Positions 46,183 to 55,549 of a stretch of DNA of 64,000 nucleotides are shown here, one piece after another (within the stretch, counting starts at the first letter, position 1; every line of letters starts with the position of its first letter). A program made the position numbers and the translations under genes. The notes below the pieces were generated by a model. The model searched no databases, was not told the origin of the DNA, and was given only the letters and a program-made list of their open reading frames with translations. This DNA comes from Coprothermobacterota bacterium. Its GTDB lineage: Bacteria > Coprothermobacterota > HKB111. The stretch is taken from positions 2,859 through 66,858 of the forward strand of contig JBBIIY010000005.1 of NCBI GenBank assembly GCA_037446255.1, written 5' to 3'.

Positions 46183-47178
46183 TCATAAGCCAAAAATATT
46201 TGCTTTGGGGAAGGCTGCTTTAAAAGCTGAACCTAAACCAAATAGAAATACCGCTAAACCAATAATAAACCCAAAGGGTAGATAATTCCTGAGTAACAGC
46301 AGAGGTATAGCCCCCACAATGTAAGAAAGAGCCGGTACTGGTGATTCAAGTTTAAATACTTTTAACAACATCTCCCCGGTAGTTCGGTAAACTATCACTC
46401 CTCCTAATACATTAAAGATAATAAAAGTAGACCAGATTAATAAAGCCAGAGGAATGCCAATCAAGGTGATAACTAAAATGAAAGTTCCACCTATGGCTAT
46501 AACTGTAAGCGATAGGGTCAGCAATAGAGAATTCCATGGTTTGGATATCAGAAACTCTGCACCCCTTTGAACAGCCAATGGGAATAAAGCCAGGAGTAAT
46601 ACGCCCAGCAATAGGGTAGATATCAGACTTATTAATTTCATAGTCTGATGTATTTGAAATAATCTGGCGGGAATTTTCTTAATATATCCCCGGTCTTTAA
46701 AAATACCTTTCAAACCTGGAATGGTAATTCCCACTGATTTTACAGCACCTTCAACGATACTTCCTTCATCACGAGTAATTTCGCCAACAGTAGAAATATC
46801 ACCTTCAACTATTGCGGTGCTTTTTAATATAACATCTCCCAATCCTACCTCTATATCGCCTCTAACCTTACCAGATACTTCCACATCCCCCAAGCCTACT
46901 TTAATCTCTCCTGCTTCTCCCAAAATAATTACATCCCCCATACCCAGAGAAAGGTTTTTAACTTTTCCACCTTCATGGATGGTAATTTTTCCAGTACCGA
47001 GATTCAAGTTTTTTACCTCTCCATATACTTCCACATCAAATAGCGACAACGATAATTCATTTACCACATCACCTTTGACCACCACATAAGCAGATTTGGC
47101 CATAGCCAGGGGTATAGTGGTTAACATTAATCCAGTAATCAATATAAATAACAAAACTTTTTTCATTTTATCCTCCAT
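46183..47178 (-). CDS. membrane protein: signal peptide + beta-helix-like (bactofilin-like) repeat domain + polytopic C-terminal domain
   Basis: 331 aa. Repeats such as GDVEVSGKVRGDIEVGLGDVILK. About 5 C-terminal TM helices. The likely start is the ATG at 47166 (after GGAGGA). Last gene of an ECF-sigma operon. Confidence 0.45.
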   Translation of the reverse strand: MEDKMKKVLLFILITGLMLTTIPLAMAKSAYVVVKGDVVNELSLSLFDVEVYGEVKNLNLGTGKITIHEGGKVKNLSLGMGDVIILGEAGEIKVGLGDVEVSGKVRGDIEVGLGDVILKSTAIVEGDISTVGEITRDEGSIVEGAVKSVGITIPGLKGIFKDRGYIKKIPARLFQIHQTMKLISLISTLLLGVLLLALFPLAVQRGAEFLISKPWNSLLLTLSLTVIAIGGTFILVITLIGIPLALLIWSTFIIFNVLGGVIVYRTTGEMLLKVFKLESPVPALSYIVGAIPLLLLRNYLPFGFIIGLAVFLFGLGSAFKAAFPKANIFGL

Positions 47179-47191
47179 TATCTTCTTTTCG

Positions 47192-47563
47192 CTAAATTAT
47201 ACGCAGGTTAATCCTGTATAGTTTCGTAATTCTGGTAAAAACAAAAACTAACAGCGTTAATACCAGCATGAGAATTGGTGGTAGAGTCAATAAATAAGTT
47301 GCAAGTCCAAGATTAACCAAAATAGCTATACCGTTGAAAAAAGAGTATATACCTTTAAATAAATTAAGAGGTAGGCCAAAGAAAAAATAGTAAAGAAGCG
47401 GATAACTCAACAATATTAGAAGTAGTGCTGCTAATACCATCCTTCTCCTTTCAATCAACAACACCCGTTTATAAACAAAACGGGCTTTTTGTCCATCGCT
47501 AGGGTGTTTTTCGCTTAGCAGTTTAAATAATAACTCATCATACTTATCCATTTTCAACCTCAA
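47192..47563 (-). CDS. small membrane protein, positional candidate anti-sigma factor
   Basis: 123 aa. Cytoplasmic N-terminal segment plus hydrophobic helices. Overlaps the stop of the sigma gene. The call rests on position only. Confidence 0.4.
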   Translation of the reverse strand: MRLKMDKYDELLFKLLSEKHPSDGQKARFVYKRVLLIERRRMVLAALLLILLSYPLLYYFFFGLPLNLFKGIYSFFNGIAILVNLGLATYLLTLPPILMLVLTLLVFVFTRITKLYRINLRII

Positions 47564-48008
47564 GAATACTTTTTAACTTACTCTTACCCCGATGGAGAAG
47601 GGTCTTGACCGTCCCCTCGGGTATTTCCATTATTTGAGCCACCTCTTCATATTTATAATTATCTTCATAATAAAGCAAAATTGCTGTTTTCTCCTTTTCA
47701 TTTAGAACTTTCATAGCTTCTTCAATGTCAGAGGCATCAGTTTTGTTTGGTAAAATATAGCGGGTCTCCTCAAATTCGTTGGTGTAATCAGCGTATTCCT
47801 TGCTTCTTCTGCGAAATATATCCATCGCTTTACTATAAGCTATCTTAAAAACATACTGTTTGGCTGTCTCATTCCTTATATAAGGTATTCTCGTTAAAGC
47901 CAGAAAAGTTTCCTGCAAAGCATCTTCAGCATCATCGCTATTACCCAGAAGTCTTCTCAAAAAACGAAAGAGATTTTCACCATAATCCTCAAAAAGCTCT
48001 TCAATCAT
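47544..48008 (-). CDS. ECF-type sigma-70 family RNA polymerase sigma factor
   Basis: Region 2 (DAEDALQETFLAL) and region 4 HTH (YEEVAQIMEIPEGTVKTLLHRGKSKL). Confidence 0.85.
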   Translation of the reverse strand: MIEELFEDYGENLFRFLRRLLGNSDDAEDALQETFLALTRIPYIRNETAKQYVFKIAYSKAMDIFRRRSKEYADYTNEFEETRYILPNKTDASDIEEAMKVLNEKEKTAILLYYEDNYKYEEVAQIMEIPEGTVKTLLHRGKSKLKSILEVENG

Positions 48009-48064
48009 TATTTACAAATGAATACGTCAATTCCTTGCGAATTGTTTCATCGCTTCAAAGTTTA

Positions 48065-48556
48065 TTAGCGATAATCAAGCCTATTGCCAAACAATTGAAA
48101 AAGAGAATTAGCTGCGTCGTCCAGATTAAATTCGGGTCTGATTTCCAAGTTTAAGGTAGCGTCAGGAAGAACAATTTTTAATTTATGCATATCCTGCTTA
48201 TTCCCATATTTATCACGAATAATCCTTCCCTTCCTCAGAGTTATGCTTTTCACGGTATTAGGATCTATCCAGATATTTTCGGGGGTTTCGTTAAGGATAT
48301 ATTCAGGGTCAAAATTGACATAACGGGTATAATAGGTAAAACCAGTAGTAGCTACCGCCCACATTTTCTTAAGCATACCCCCACCTTTGCTTTCTACTTC
48401 GGATTTTTTTTCCTGAGCAATTTGCTTCCATAAATTTGAGGTAAGTTTAGCCATAATCAATCTATAATTGGTTACCACTAATGTATGTATTTCTGTTTTA
48501 AAAAATCCTTTTTTCCAGTTTACCGGTATAGCGCTAATAACAAATTCGCCTTGCAT
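48065..48556 (-). CDS. hypothetical protein (possibly bacterial PH-like fold)
   Basis: Clean ORF. I prefer the ATG at 48556 (MQGEFV..., preceded by GGAGGT at good spacing). I recognise no family motif with confidence. Confidence 0.45.
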   Translation of the reverse strand: MQGEFVISAIPVNWKKGFFKTEIHTLVVTNYRLIMAKLTSNLWKQIAQEKKSEVESKGGGMLKKMWAVATTGFTYYTRYVNFDPEYILNETPENIWIDPNTVKSITLRKGRIIRDKYGNKQDMHKLKIVLPDATLNLEIRPEFNLDDAANSLFQLFGNRLDYR

Positions 48557-48705
48557 CAGACAATTACCTCCGTAAAGCATTATTAAATAAAATAATCAAA
48601 TTATTATATACCTTGAAGAATGGATTTTAAAAAACATTGGTAATTTTTTATTATTTTAATAGACGAAACTTGCTGATACTTTTAATACTAATAAATGAGA
48701 TGTTC

Positions 48706-48780
48706 TGGTAGCGCTGCGGGGACTCGAACCCCGGTTTGCGGATTGAGAGCCCGCCGAACTAACCCCTGTTCTACAGCGCC
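48706..48780 (-). tRNA. tRNA-Glu (anticodon CTC), CCA encoded
   Basis: The reverse complement GGCGCTGTAGAACAGGGGTTAGTTCGGCGGGCTCTCAATCCGCAAACCGGGGTTCGAGTCCCCGCAGCGCTACCA folds by hand: acceptor with a G1-U72 wobble, anticodon stem GCGGG/TCCGC, loop CTCTCAA, T-arm CGGGG-TTCGAGT-CCCCG. Confidence 0.85.
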
Positions 48781-48806
48781 ACTTTTTATATTATAAATTA
48801 AGGTTA

Positions 48807-49289
48807 TTATTTAACCTTTTTTTTCATAAAAAGAATCAGCACTCCTGCTAACACCAAAGCCAGAGGCCAAATCAGCCCAATTAATTGTAGGAACTTTTCT
48901 CCAATACTCCCCATTAAAATCCACAAACCTATTATAGAAAGAATTGCTCCTGGAATCAAAGGCCAGATTTTCTCACCTTTATCCGTGGTAACCAGGCTAC
49001 GGGTGTGCGTAACATAGATAGCTAAAAAAGATAGTCCTAACAAGACTATTATCCAGGCACCATTAATATTTTCAATTTTCTCAACCAGAGTGGAGAAAAT
49101 GGCTACTGCAGCAATGTTAGAAGCAGGAATCAAAAAACCCAGGCTTTTTTTAACAAATATATAGGCACCTAAAAATCCAGCACTTAATACGTAAAGCAAC
49201 AAATAACCGGGAATATAGTTTTGGTTGGTTAAAAACCAGGTAATGCCAACTAATATTAAGCCTGAAGATAAATATCTCCTACTATCCAT
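48807..49289 (-). CDS. hypothetical polytopic membrane protein
   Basis: 160 aa with 5 hydrophobic segments and a Lys-rich C-terminus. No family recognised. Confidence 0.5.
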   Translation of the reverse strand: MDSRRYLSSGLILVGITWFLTNQNYIPGYLLLYVLSAGFLGAYIFVKKSLGFLIPASNIAAVAIFSTLVEKIENINGAWIIVLLGLSFLAIYVTHTRSLVTTDKGEKIWPLIPGAILSIIGLWILMGSIGEKFLQLIGLIWPLALVLAGVLILFMKKKVK

Positions 49290-49373
49290 ATTTCCTCCTA
49301 CAAATTATTTAATTAATATTTATTATATATTAATAAAAATAGTTCAGACTGAACGGAAAATACTTAAAAGATT

Positions 49374-49553
49374 AGATTGCTTCGTCGCTTTTTAGAGCTC
49401 CTCGCAAAGACAAAATAGAAGTCCTTGCGAACGAAGACCGGAAGGGTCTGTGGCAATCCCATATTTTCGCCATAAGGTCAAAAGATGAGACTGCTTCGTT
49501 ACACTTGCAGAGACAAAAGAAACGAAATGAGTTGGCTTCACGACTTCGTCCCT
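49374..49553. repeat. mosaic of family-1 hairpin repeats in both orientations
   Basis: Components: agattgcttcgtcgctttttagagctcctcgcaaagac (49374-49411, +); gtccttgcgaacgaAGACCggaaggGTCTgtggcaatccc (49421-49460, -); gagactgcttcgttacacttgcagagac; ttggcttcacgacttcgtccc. Confidence 0.7.
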
Positions 49554-49598
49554 TAGGAATAAAAGCATTTTTAATGACCGTGGACAGTATCCAGAATG

Positions 49599-50870
49599 CT
49601 ATGTTTTAATTGCTCTATAACCAATATCTTTACGGTAATGCGCTTTTTCAAAAGAGATCGCTTTTACCCCTGAATATGCCCTGATAAAAGCAGTTTTCAG
49701 GGTGGGACCCATTCCGGTAATTCCCAACACCCTACCCCCTGAACTTACGATTTTCTCACCTTTTAAAGCTGTTCCCGAATGGAAAATCTTTACCAAGGGT
49801 AATAGTTCAGCAATCTCTAAACCATTTATGGTTTTACCCTTCTTGAAACTCTCAGGATAACCTCCTGAAGCCAGCACCACACAAAGGGCATGGTTTGTTG
49901 ACCAACTAAATTTAATCTGACTTAAACTCCCCTCAAGACTTGCCAATAATAGGGGAACAAGGTCATTCTTAAGGCGAGGAATTACCACCTGGCATTCAGG
50001 GTCACCAAAACGGGCGTTGAATTCCAGTACTTTAGGACCAGTTTTGGTTATCATCAAACCAGCATAAATAACCCCTTTATATATTATACCCTCCTTATTT
50101 AACCCTTTTATAAGAGGAATAAATATTTCTTTTTTAACTTTCCGGGTCAGATAAGGAGTTAGCACGGGTGCAGGTGAATAAGCCCCCATACCCCCGGTAT
50201 TAGGTCCCCTGTCACCATCAAACACCCTTTTATGGTCCTGCGCGGAAGCCAGCAAGCGAATATCTTTACCATCTGCTAATGCCATAACCGAAACTTCTTC
50301 CCCTTCAAGGTATTCCTCTATCACCACCCTATTTCCTGCTTCACCGAACAGCTTTCGTTCCATAATATTTTGCACTGCTTCGGTAGCCTCGGTTTGCGTA
50401 TGAGCTACTACCACCCCTTTACCAGCCGCCAGACCTTCAGCTTTAACTACTACAGGTACCCCAATTTTATGAATATAAGCCAGGGCTGAAAACGAATTGC
50501 TAAATATTTCGCTTCTGGCTGTGGGTATACCGTATTTATTCATAATTTCTTTTGCAAAAACCTTGCTACCTTCAAGTTGAGAGGCTTTTTGGCTGGGACC
50601 AAATATTTTCAAACCTTTTTCAGTAAAAATATCCACAATTCCTGAAACCAATGGTGCTTCCGGACCAACAACGGTAAGGTCAATGCCTCTGTTTAAGGCA
50701 AAGTTGAGAAGACCCTGTATATCCTCCGCAGGAATAGGGACAGAGATAGCCTCTCTCATTATACCGGCATTGCCTGGAGCACAATATAACTCTCTCACCA
50801 GAGGGCTTTGCTTTATTTTCCAGATGAGGGCATGCTCCCTTCCTCCGCCACCTACAACCAATACTTTCAT
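49599..50870 (-). CDS. purD: phosphoribosylamine--glycine ligase
   Basis: MKVLVVGGGGREHAL start and ATP-grasp motifs. Confidence 0.9.
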   Translation of the reverse strand: MKVLVVGGGGREHALIWKIKQSPLVRELYCAPGNAGIMREAISVPIPAEDIQGLLNFALNRGIDLTVVGPEAPLVSGIVDIFTEKGLKIFGPSQKASQLEGSKVFAKEIMNKYGIPTARSEIFSNSFSALAYIHKIGVPVVVKAEGLAAGKGVVVAHTQTEATEAVQNIMERKLFGEAGNRVVIEEYLEGEEVSVMALADGKDIRLLASAQDHKRVFDGDRGPNTGGMGAYSPAPVLTPYLTRKVKKEIFIPLIKGLNKEGIIYKGVIYAGLMITKTGPKVLEFNARFGDPECQVVIPRLKNDLVPLLLASLEGSLSQIKFSWSTNHALCVVLASGGYPESFKKGKTINGLEIAELLPLVKIFHSGTALKGEKIVSSGGRVLGITGMGPTLKTAFIRAYSGVKAISFEKAHYRKDIGYRAIKT

Positions 50871-50913
50871 AATATATCTACCTGAACTGAGGTAATTCTT
50901 AAAAGGTTAATCA

Positions 50914-52458
50914 CTAATGCTTGAAATACCTTCTCCCGGTAATCATCATAGTAATACCTTGCTCATCGCAAGCTTTAATAGAGTCATCATCCCGTAAAGA
51001 ACCCCCGGGTTGTATAATCCCCTTCACCCCTGCTTTATAGGCTTCATCAACCACATCCCTGAAGGGAAAGAAAGCATCTGAAGCCAATACACTTCCTTTA
51101 GCTTTATCTCCAGCGTGCTTAAGAGCAATTTGAGCTGAACCCACCCGGTTCATCTGCCCGGCTCCTATGCCTAATGTTTGCCCGTCTCTAACCAACACTA
51201 TGGCATTAGATTTGGTATGTTTTACCACTTTCATTCCAAAAACCATATCTTCCAGGGTTTGTTCATCAGGTTTAATCAAGGTAGGACATCTCCATTCATG
51301 AACAATTACATCCTCCACATCCATTTCTTGCAGTAAAAATCCACCCTGAATACTCTTTACTTCAACACCCTGGCATTTTTCCCAATCGTTAATTTTCAAA
51401 ATCCTTAAATCTTTTTTCTCTTTTAAAACCTCCAGGGCTTCTTGCTCAAAATCAGGCGCTAGCACCACTTCCAGAAAAATATCTCTCATTTGCCTGGCTG
51501 TTTCCACTGTTATTATTCTATTTACTGCAACTATCCCTCCGAAAATTGATACTTCATCAGCTTCATAAGTTTTTCGAAAAGCCTCGGATATATTATTTGC
51601 CGAAGCTACCCCGCAGGGGTTGGCATGTTTAATAGCTACCGCTGTAGGTTCAGTAAACTCCATCACCAGCTGCAGGGCTGCGCTGGCATCATTAAGATTG
51701 TTATAAGAGAGTTCCTTTCCTTGAAGCTGGGTGGCAGAAAACAATCCCGAAGCTACCCTGCCCATCTCACCATAAAAAGCAGCCTCCTGTTGAGGGTTTT
51801 CTCCGTAGCGAAGCTTCTGTAGACAGGTAAGAGGTAAGATTACTGTTTGAGGAAACAATTCTGATTCCGGGAATTTCTTTTGCAGCCAATTACTGATTAT
51901 AGCATCGTACCCTGCGGTGTGTGTAAAAGCTTCTATCGCTAAAGAAAAGCGGGTATTATATCCGACTTCACCGTTTTCCCTTAACTCCCGAGTAATAACC
52001 CCATATCTGTCAGGGTTAACCACCACCACTACCTCCTGAAAATTCTTGGCTGCTGCTCTTACCATAGTTGGACCACCAATATCAACATTTTCCATAGCAA
52101 TTTCCAGAGTTACCTCGGTCTTGTTTATGGTTTGAGCAAAGGGATAAAGATTTACCGCTACCAGGTCTATTAGATTTATATTGTGTTCATTTAGTTCTTT
52201 AATATGCTCTGCAGAATCCCTGCGGGCTAAAATACCCCCATGTATTTTTGGGTGCAGGGTTTTTACTCGTCCACCCAGTATCTCGGGAAAACCTGTTATA
52301 TCTGATACCTGTTTAACAGGAACTCCTGCCTCTGAAAGAGTTTTTTTGGTACCGCCGGTGGATATTATAGTGAAACCCAGGTCAATTAAATTTCGGGCAA
52401 ACTCCACCAAACCAGTTTTGTCAGAAACACTAAGTAGTGCATACTTATTTTTCATCAA
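50914..52458 (-). CDS. purH: bifunctional AICAR transformylase / IMP cyclohydrolase
   Basis: MGS-like N-domain (ALLSVSDKTGLVEFA, GGTKKTL) plus an AICARFT domain ending RYFKH. Confidence 0.9.
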   Translation of the reverse strand: MMKNKYALLSVSDKTGLVEFARNLIDLGFTIISTGGTKKTLSEAGVPVKQVSDITGFPEILGGRVKTLHPKIHGGILARRDSAEHIKELNEHNINLIDLVAVNLYPFAQTINKTEVTLEIAMENVDIGGPTMVRAAAKNFQEVVVVVNPDRYGVITRELRENGEVGYNTRFSLAIEAFTHTAGYDAIISNWLQKKFPESELFPQTVILPLTCLQKLRYGENPQQEAAFYGEMGRVASGLFSATQLQGKELSYNNLNDASAALQLVMEFTEPTAVAIKHANPCGVASANNISEAFRKTYEADEVSIFGGIVAVNRIITVETARQMRDIFLEVVLAPDFEQEALEVLKEKKDLRILKINDWEKCQGVEVKSIQGGFLLQEMDVEDVIVHEWRCPTLIKPDEQTLEDMVFGMKVVKHTKSNAIVLVRDGQTLGIGAGQMNRVGSAQIALKHAGDKAKGSVLASDAFFPFRDVVDEAYKAGVKGIIQPGGSLRDDDSIKACDEQGITMMITGRRYFKH

Positions 52459-53071
52459 TAGTACACCTTCTTCCCTGTATTTTTATTTTTCCTTTAATAA
52501 AAAGATTTATAACCCAGGGATAAAGTATATGTTCTAACACTTGAATCCTCTGGTGAAGCGTTTCTTTGGTATCGTTGGGATAAACCGGTACCGCTTCCTG
52601 CATAATTATAGGTCCCGTATCTACCCCTTCATCAACCAAATGTATGGTGCAACCACTGACTTTTACTCCATACTTCAGGGCATCAGCCACCCCCTTCTCA
52701 CCTGGAAAAGAGGGTAAAAGGGCTGGATGTATGTTAAGGATACGGTCTTTAAAAGCATTAATAAAAAAGGGAGTCAATAACCGCATATAACCAGCTAAAA
52801 CCACCAGATCAATCTGATATTTACAAAGGGATTCTACAATATCCCTATCCATATCCTCACGGCTTAAGTAATTTCGGGGATTAAAAAATATTGTGGGGAT
52901 AGTTCTTTGCCTGGCTCTTTCCAGAGCATAAGCGTTCTCTTTATCACTAACTACCAATGCAACCCGCCCACCTTCTATGTCACCTCTATCTATCGCTTCC
53001 AGAATGGCCTGCAGGTTAGAACCGCTCCCTGATGCCAGTACGGCTATCTTGAATACAGTTTCCGTGTTCAT
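52445..53071 (-). CDS. purN: phosphoribosylglycinamide formyltransferase
   Basis: LASGSGSNLQA and NIHPALLPSFPG motifs. Confidence 0.9.
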   Translation of the reverse strand: MNTETVFKIAVLASGSGSNLQAILEAIDRGDIEGGRVALVVSDKENAYALERARQRTIPTIFFNPRNYLSREDMDRDIVESLCKYQIDLVVLAGYMRLLTPFFINAFKDRILNIHPALLPSFPGEKGVADALKYGVKVSGCTIHLVDEGVDTGPIIMQEAVPVYPNDTKETLHQRIQVLEHILYPWVINLFIKGKIKIQGRRCTIDEK

Positions 53072-53101
53072 AAACTTATAATTACCCCCTGGCTTAAAAA
53101 G

Positions 53102-54121
53102 TTATTTTATACTTACGCCCTTTCCACTTACAACACTACCTAAAACAAAAACCTTTTCCCCAATTTCAGGCAATATTTCCACAGCTTTTTCCGCATCTTT
53201 GGATGATACCACTACCACAAAACCAATTCCCATATTGAATACCCTGTACATTTCTTCTTTACTAACTTCCCCTAACTCTTGAAGGAGAGTAAATATTTCC
53301 TGGGGTTGCCAGTTCTGGCTATCAATCTCGGCTCCAACTCCTTCAGGCAAACAACGAGGTATATTTTCCAGCAATCCCCCTCCGGTAATGTGAGCCATTC
53401 CCTTGATTTCCAGTTTATCGAGGAGAGTTAAAATTGATTTAACATATATTTTTGTTGGAGTCAGCAGCTCTTCCCCGAGTGTTTTCCCCAAACGGGAGAT
53501 GGTTTTATCTACGGTAAAGTTATGCTTGTCAAAAAATATCTTCCTGACCAGGGAATACCCGTTGCTGTGCAACCCTGATGAACCCAGTCCTAAAAGCATA
53601 TCTCCTTCTTTGATATTTCTCCCACCTATAATGTTATTTTTATTAACCACCCCCACAGCAAAACCGGCTAAATCATATTCGTCCTGGTTATAAAAACCGG
53701 GCATTTCCGCAGTTTCTCCGCCAATAAGAGCACAACCTGCCTGTTTACAGCCTTCGGCTATCCCTTTTACAATAGAACTGACTTTCTCAGGGATTAACTT
53801 ACCGGTGGCAAGGTAATCCAGAAAAAAGAGTGGTTCTGCCCCCGAGGTAAGTATATCGTTAACACACATAGCCACCAAATCTATACCAATCGTATCGTGT
53901 TTATCGGTCATAAAAGCGATTTTAAGTTTGGTGCCCACTCCATCGGTTCCCGACACCAGCACAGGTTCAGGGTATTTGTTTATATCCAGTGAAAAAAGAC
54001 CACTAAATCCTCCAACATCTCCCAATACCTCGCTTCGGCAGGTGGAGCGAACATATTTTTTCATCATCTCCACCGCTTTATTTCCAGCTACAATATCTAC
54101 GCCTGACATTTTATAATCCAT
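53102..54121 (-). CDS. purM: phosphoribosylformylglycinamidine cyclo-ligase (AIR synthetase)
   Basis: [12 protein letters not shown] and HITGGG motifs. Confidence 0.9.
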   Translation of the reverse strand: MDYKMSGVDIVAGNKAVEMMKKYVRSTCRSEVLGDVGGFSGLFSLDINKYPEPVLVSGTDGVGTKLKIAFMTDKHDTIGIDLVAMCVNDILTSGAEPLFFLDYLATGKLIPEKVSSIVKGIAEGCKQAGCALIGGETAEMPGFYNQDEYDLAGFAVGVVNKNNIIGGRNIKEGDMLLGLGSSGLHSNGYSLVRKIFFDKHNFTVDKTISRLGKTLGEELLTPTKIYVKSILTLLDKLEIKGMAHITGGGLLENIPRCLPEGVGAEIDSQNWQPQEIFTLLQELGEVSKEEMYRVFNMGIGFVVVVSSKDAEKAVEILPEIGEKVFVLGSVVSGKGVSIK

Positions 54122-54130
54122 CTGATAACC

Positions 54131-55549
54131 TTAGTACCATCCCCCAAACAGATGTTTCTGTTTCCTGAAACTGATTTCCTCGGGATAACAGCCATCAAAA
54201 CAAGCAGTACAAAAACAATCCCTACCAAGACCTGTAGCAGTCAACATCCCCTCCTGGCTCAAATAACCCAGGTAGTCAGCTCCAATGGTTTTAGCAATTT
54301 CAGGGACATCCATTTTAGCCCCGATTAAATCCTTGGAAGCGGTGTCTATTCCATAAAAACAGGGGTGGGTTATACGAGGAGAACTGATAAGAACATATAC
54401 TTCGGTGGCACCGACTTTTTTTAATTTATCCACAATTCTCATAGAAGTGGTACCCCGGACAATGGAATCATCCACCATTATTACCTTTTTACCTTCCACC
54501 AGACTACTCATCGGGTTAAGTTTAAGCCTAACCCCGGCGGTACGCTCACTTTGATCCGGCTGGATGAAAGTTCTGCCTATGTAACGATTTTTAACAAAAG
54601 CTGTTTCATAGGGTAAACCTAATTCTTCAGCAACCCCGGGAGCGGTGGACATGGACGAATCAGGAACCCCGGTTACTAAATCAGCCTCTAATTTATTTTC
54701 TCGAGCTAAAATTCTCCCTAACTCTTTCCTCACCAGGTGAACATTCTTTCCCATTAATTGGCTATCGGGCCTGGCAAAATAAATAAATTCAAAAATACAA
54801 AGTTTCTCACCTCTGGAAGGTGTTAGTTGTTCACTTACCAACCCATCCTCATCAATTACCACCAGTTCCCCGGGTTGAACATCCCTGATAAATTCAGCTC
54901 CAAGGGCATCAAAAGCACAGGTTTCCGAAGCCAAGATAAAACAACCATTGAATTTACCTATAGAAAGAGGTCTGATTCCAAAGGGGTCTCTAATTCCTAA
55001 CAAGCTCTTCTCGGTCATAAGGACAAAAGAGTAGGCACCTCTTAATTGCTCCACAGCAAACTTCAGAGACTTTATAATATCCTTTTTCCCGGAAAGAGCT
55101 ACCAGATGTGCAATGATTTCACTATCCGAGGTGGTCTGGAATATGGAACCATCCCTTTCCAGTTTATATCTTAACTCTTTACTATTAGTCAGGTTTCCGT
55201 TATGAGTAACCGTAAATAAACCTCCACGATAGCGAAACAGTAAAGGTTGAGCATTCACCAATTCGCTGGCTCCGGTAGTTGAATACCTGACATGACCAAT
55301 GGCGATATGTCCTCTCAGGTTTATTAATTTTTCTTTGTTTTGAAAAACATCAGATACCAGCCCCATCCCTTTTTCTACCTTTATTATTTTCCCATCAGTT
55401 ACCGCTATACCAGCGCTCTCCTCTCCGCGGTGCTGGAGGGCATAAAGACCGTAACAGGTAATCTGGGCTACCTCTTCGTGGTGGCTATAAATACCAAAAA
55501 CTCCACAAGCTTCTTTTAACTCATTAATTTTGCGATAGTATTTTTCCAT
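54131..55549 (-). CDS. purF: amidophosphoribosyltransferase
   Basis: Short propeptide, then the Ntn-Cys in EACGVFGIY. PRTase loop [14 protein letters not shown]-terminal Fe-S-type cysteines. Overlaps the purL end by 34 nt. Confidence 0.9.
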   Translation of the reverse strand: MEKYYRKINELKEACGVFGIYSHHEEVAQITCYGLYALQHRGEESAGIAVTDGKIIKVEKGMGLVSDVFQNKEKLINLRGHIAIGHVRYSTTGASELVNAQPLLFRYRGGLFTVTHNGNLTNSKELRYKLERDGSIFQTTSDSEIIAHLVALSGKKDIIKSLKFAVEQLRGAYSFVLMTEKSLLGIRDPFGIRPLSIGKFNGCFILASETCAFDALGAEFIRDVQPGELVVIDEDGLVSEQLTPSRGEKLCIFEFIYFARPDSQLMGKNVHLVRKELGRILARENKLEADLVTGVPDSSMSTAPGVAEELGLPYETAFVKNRYIGRTFIQPDQSERTAGVRLKLNPMSSLVEGKKVIMVDDSIVRGTTSMRIVDKLKKVGATEVYVLISSPRITHPCFYGIDTASKDLIGAKMDVPEIAKTIGADYLGYLSQEGMLTATGLGRDCFCTACFDGCYPEEISFRKQKHLFGGWY

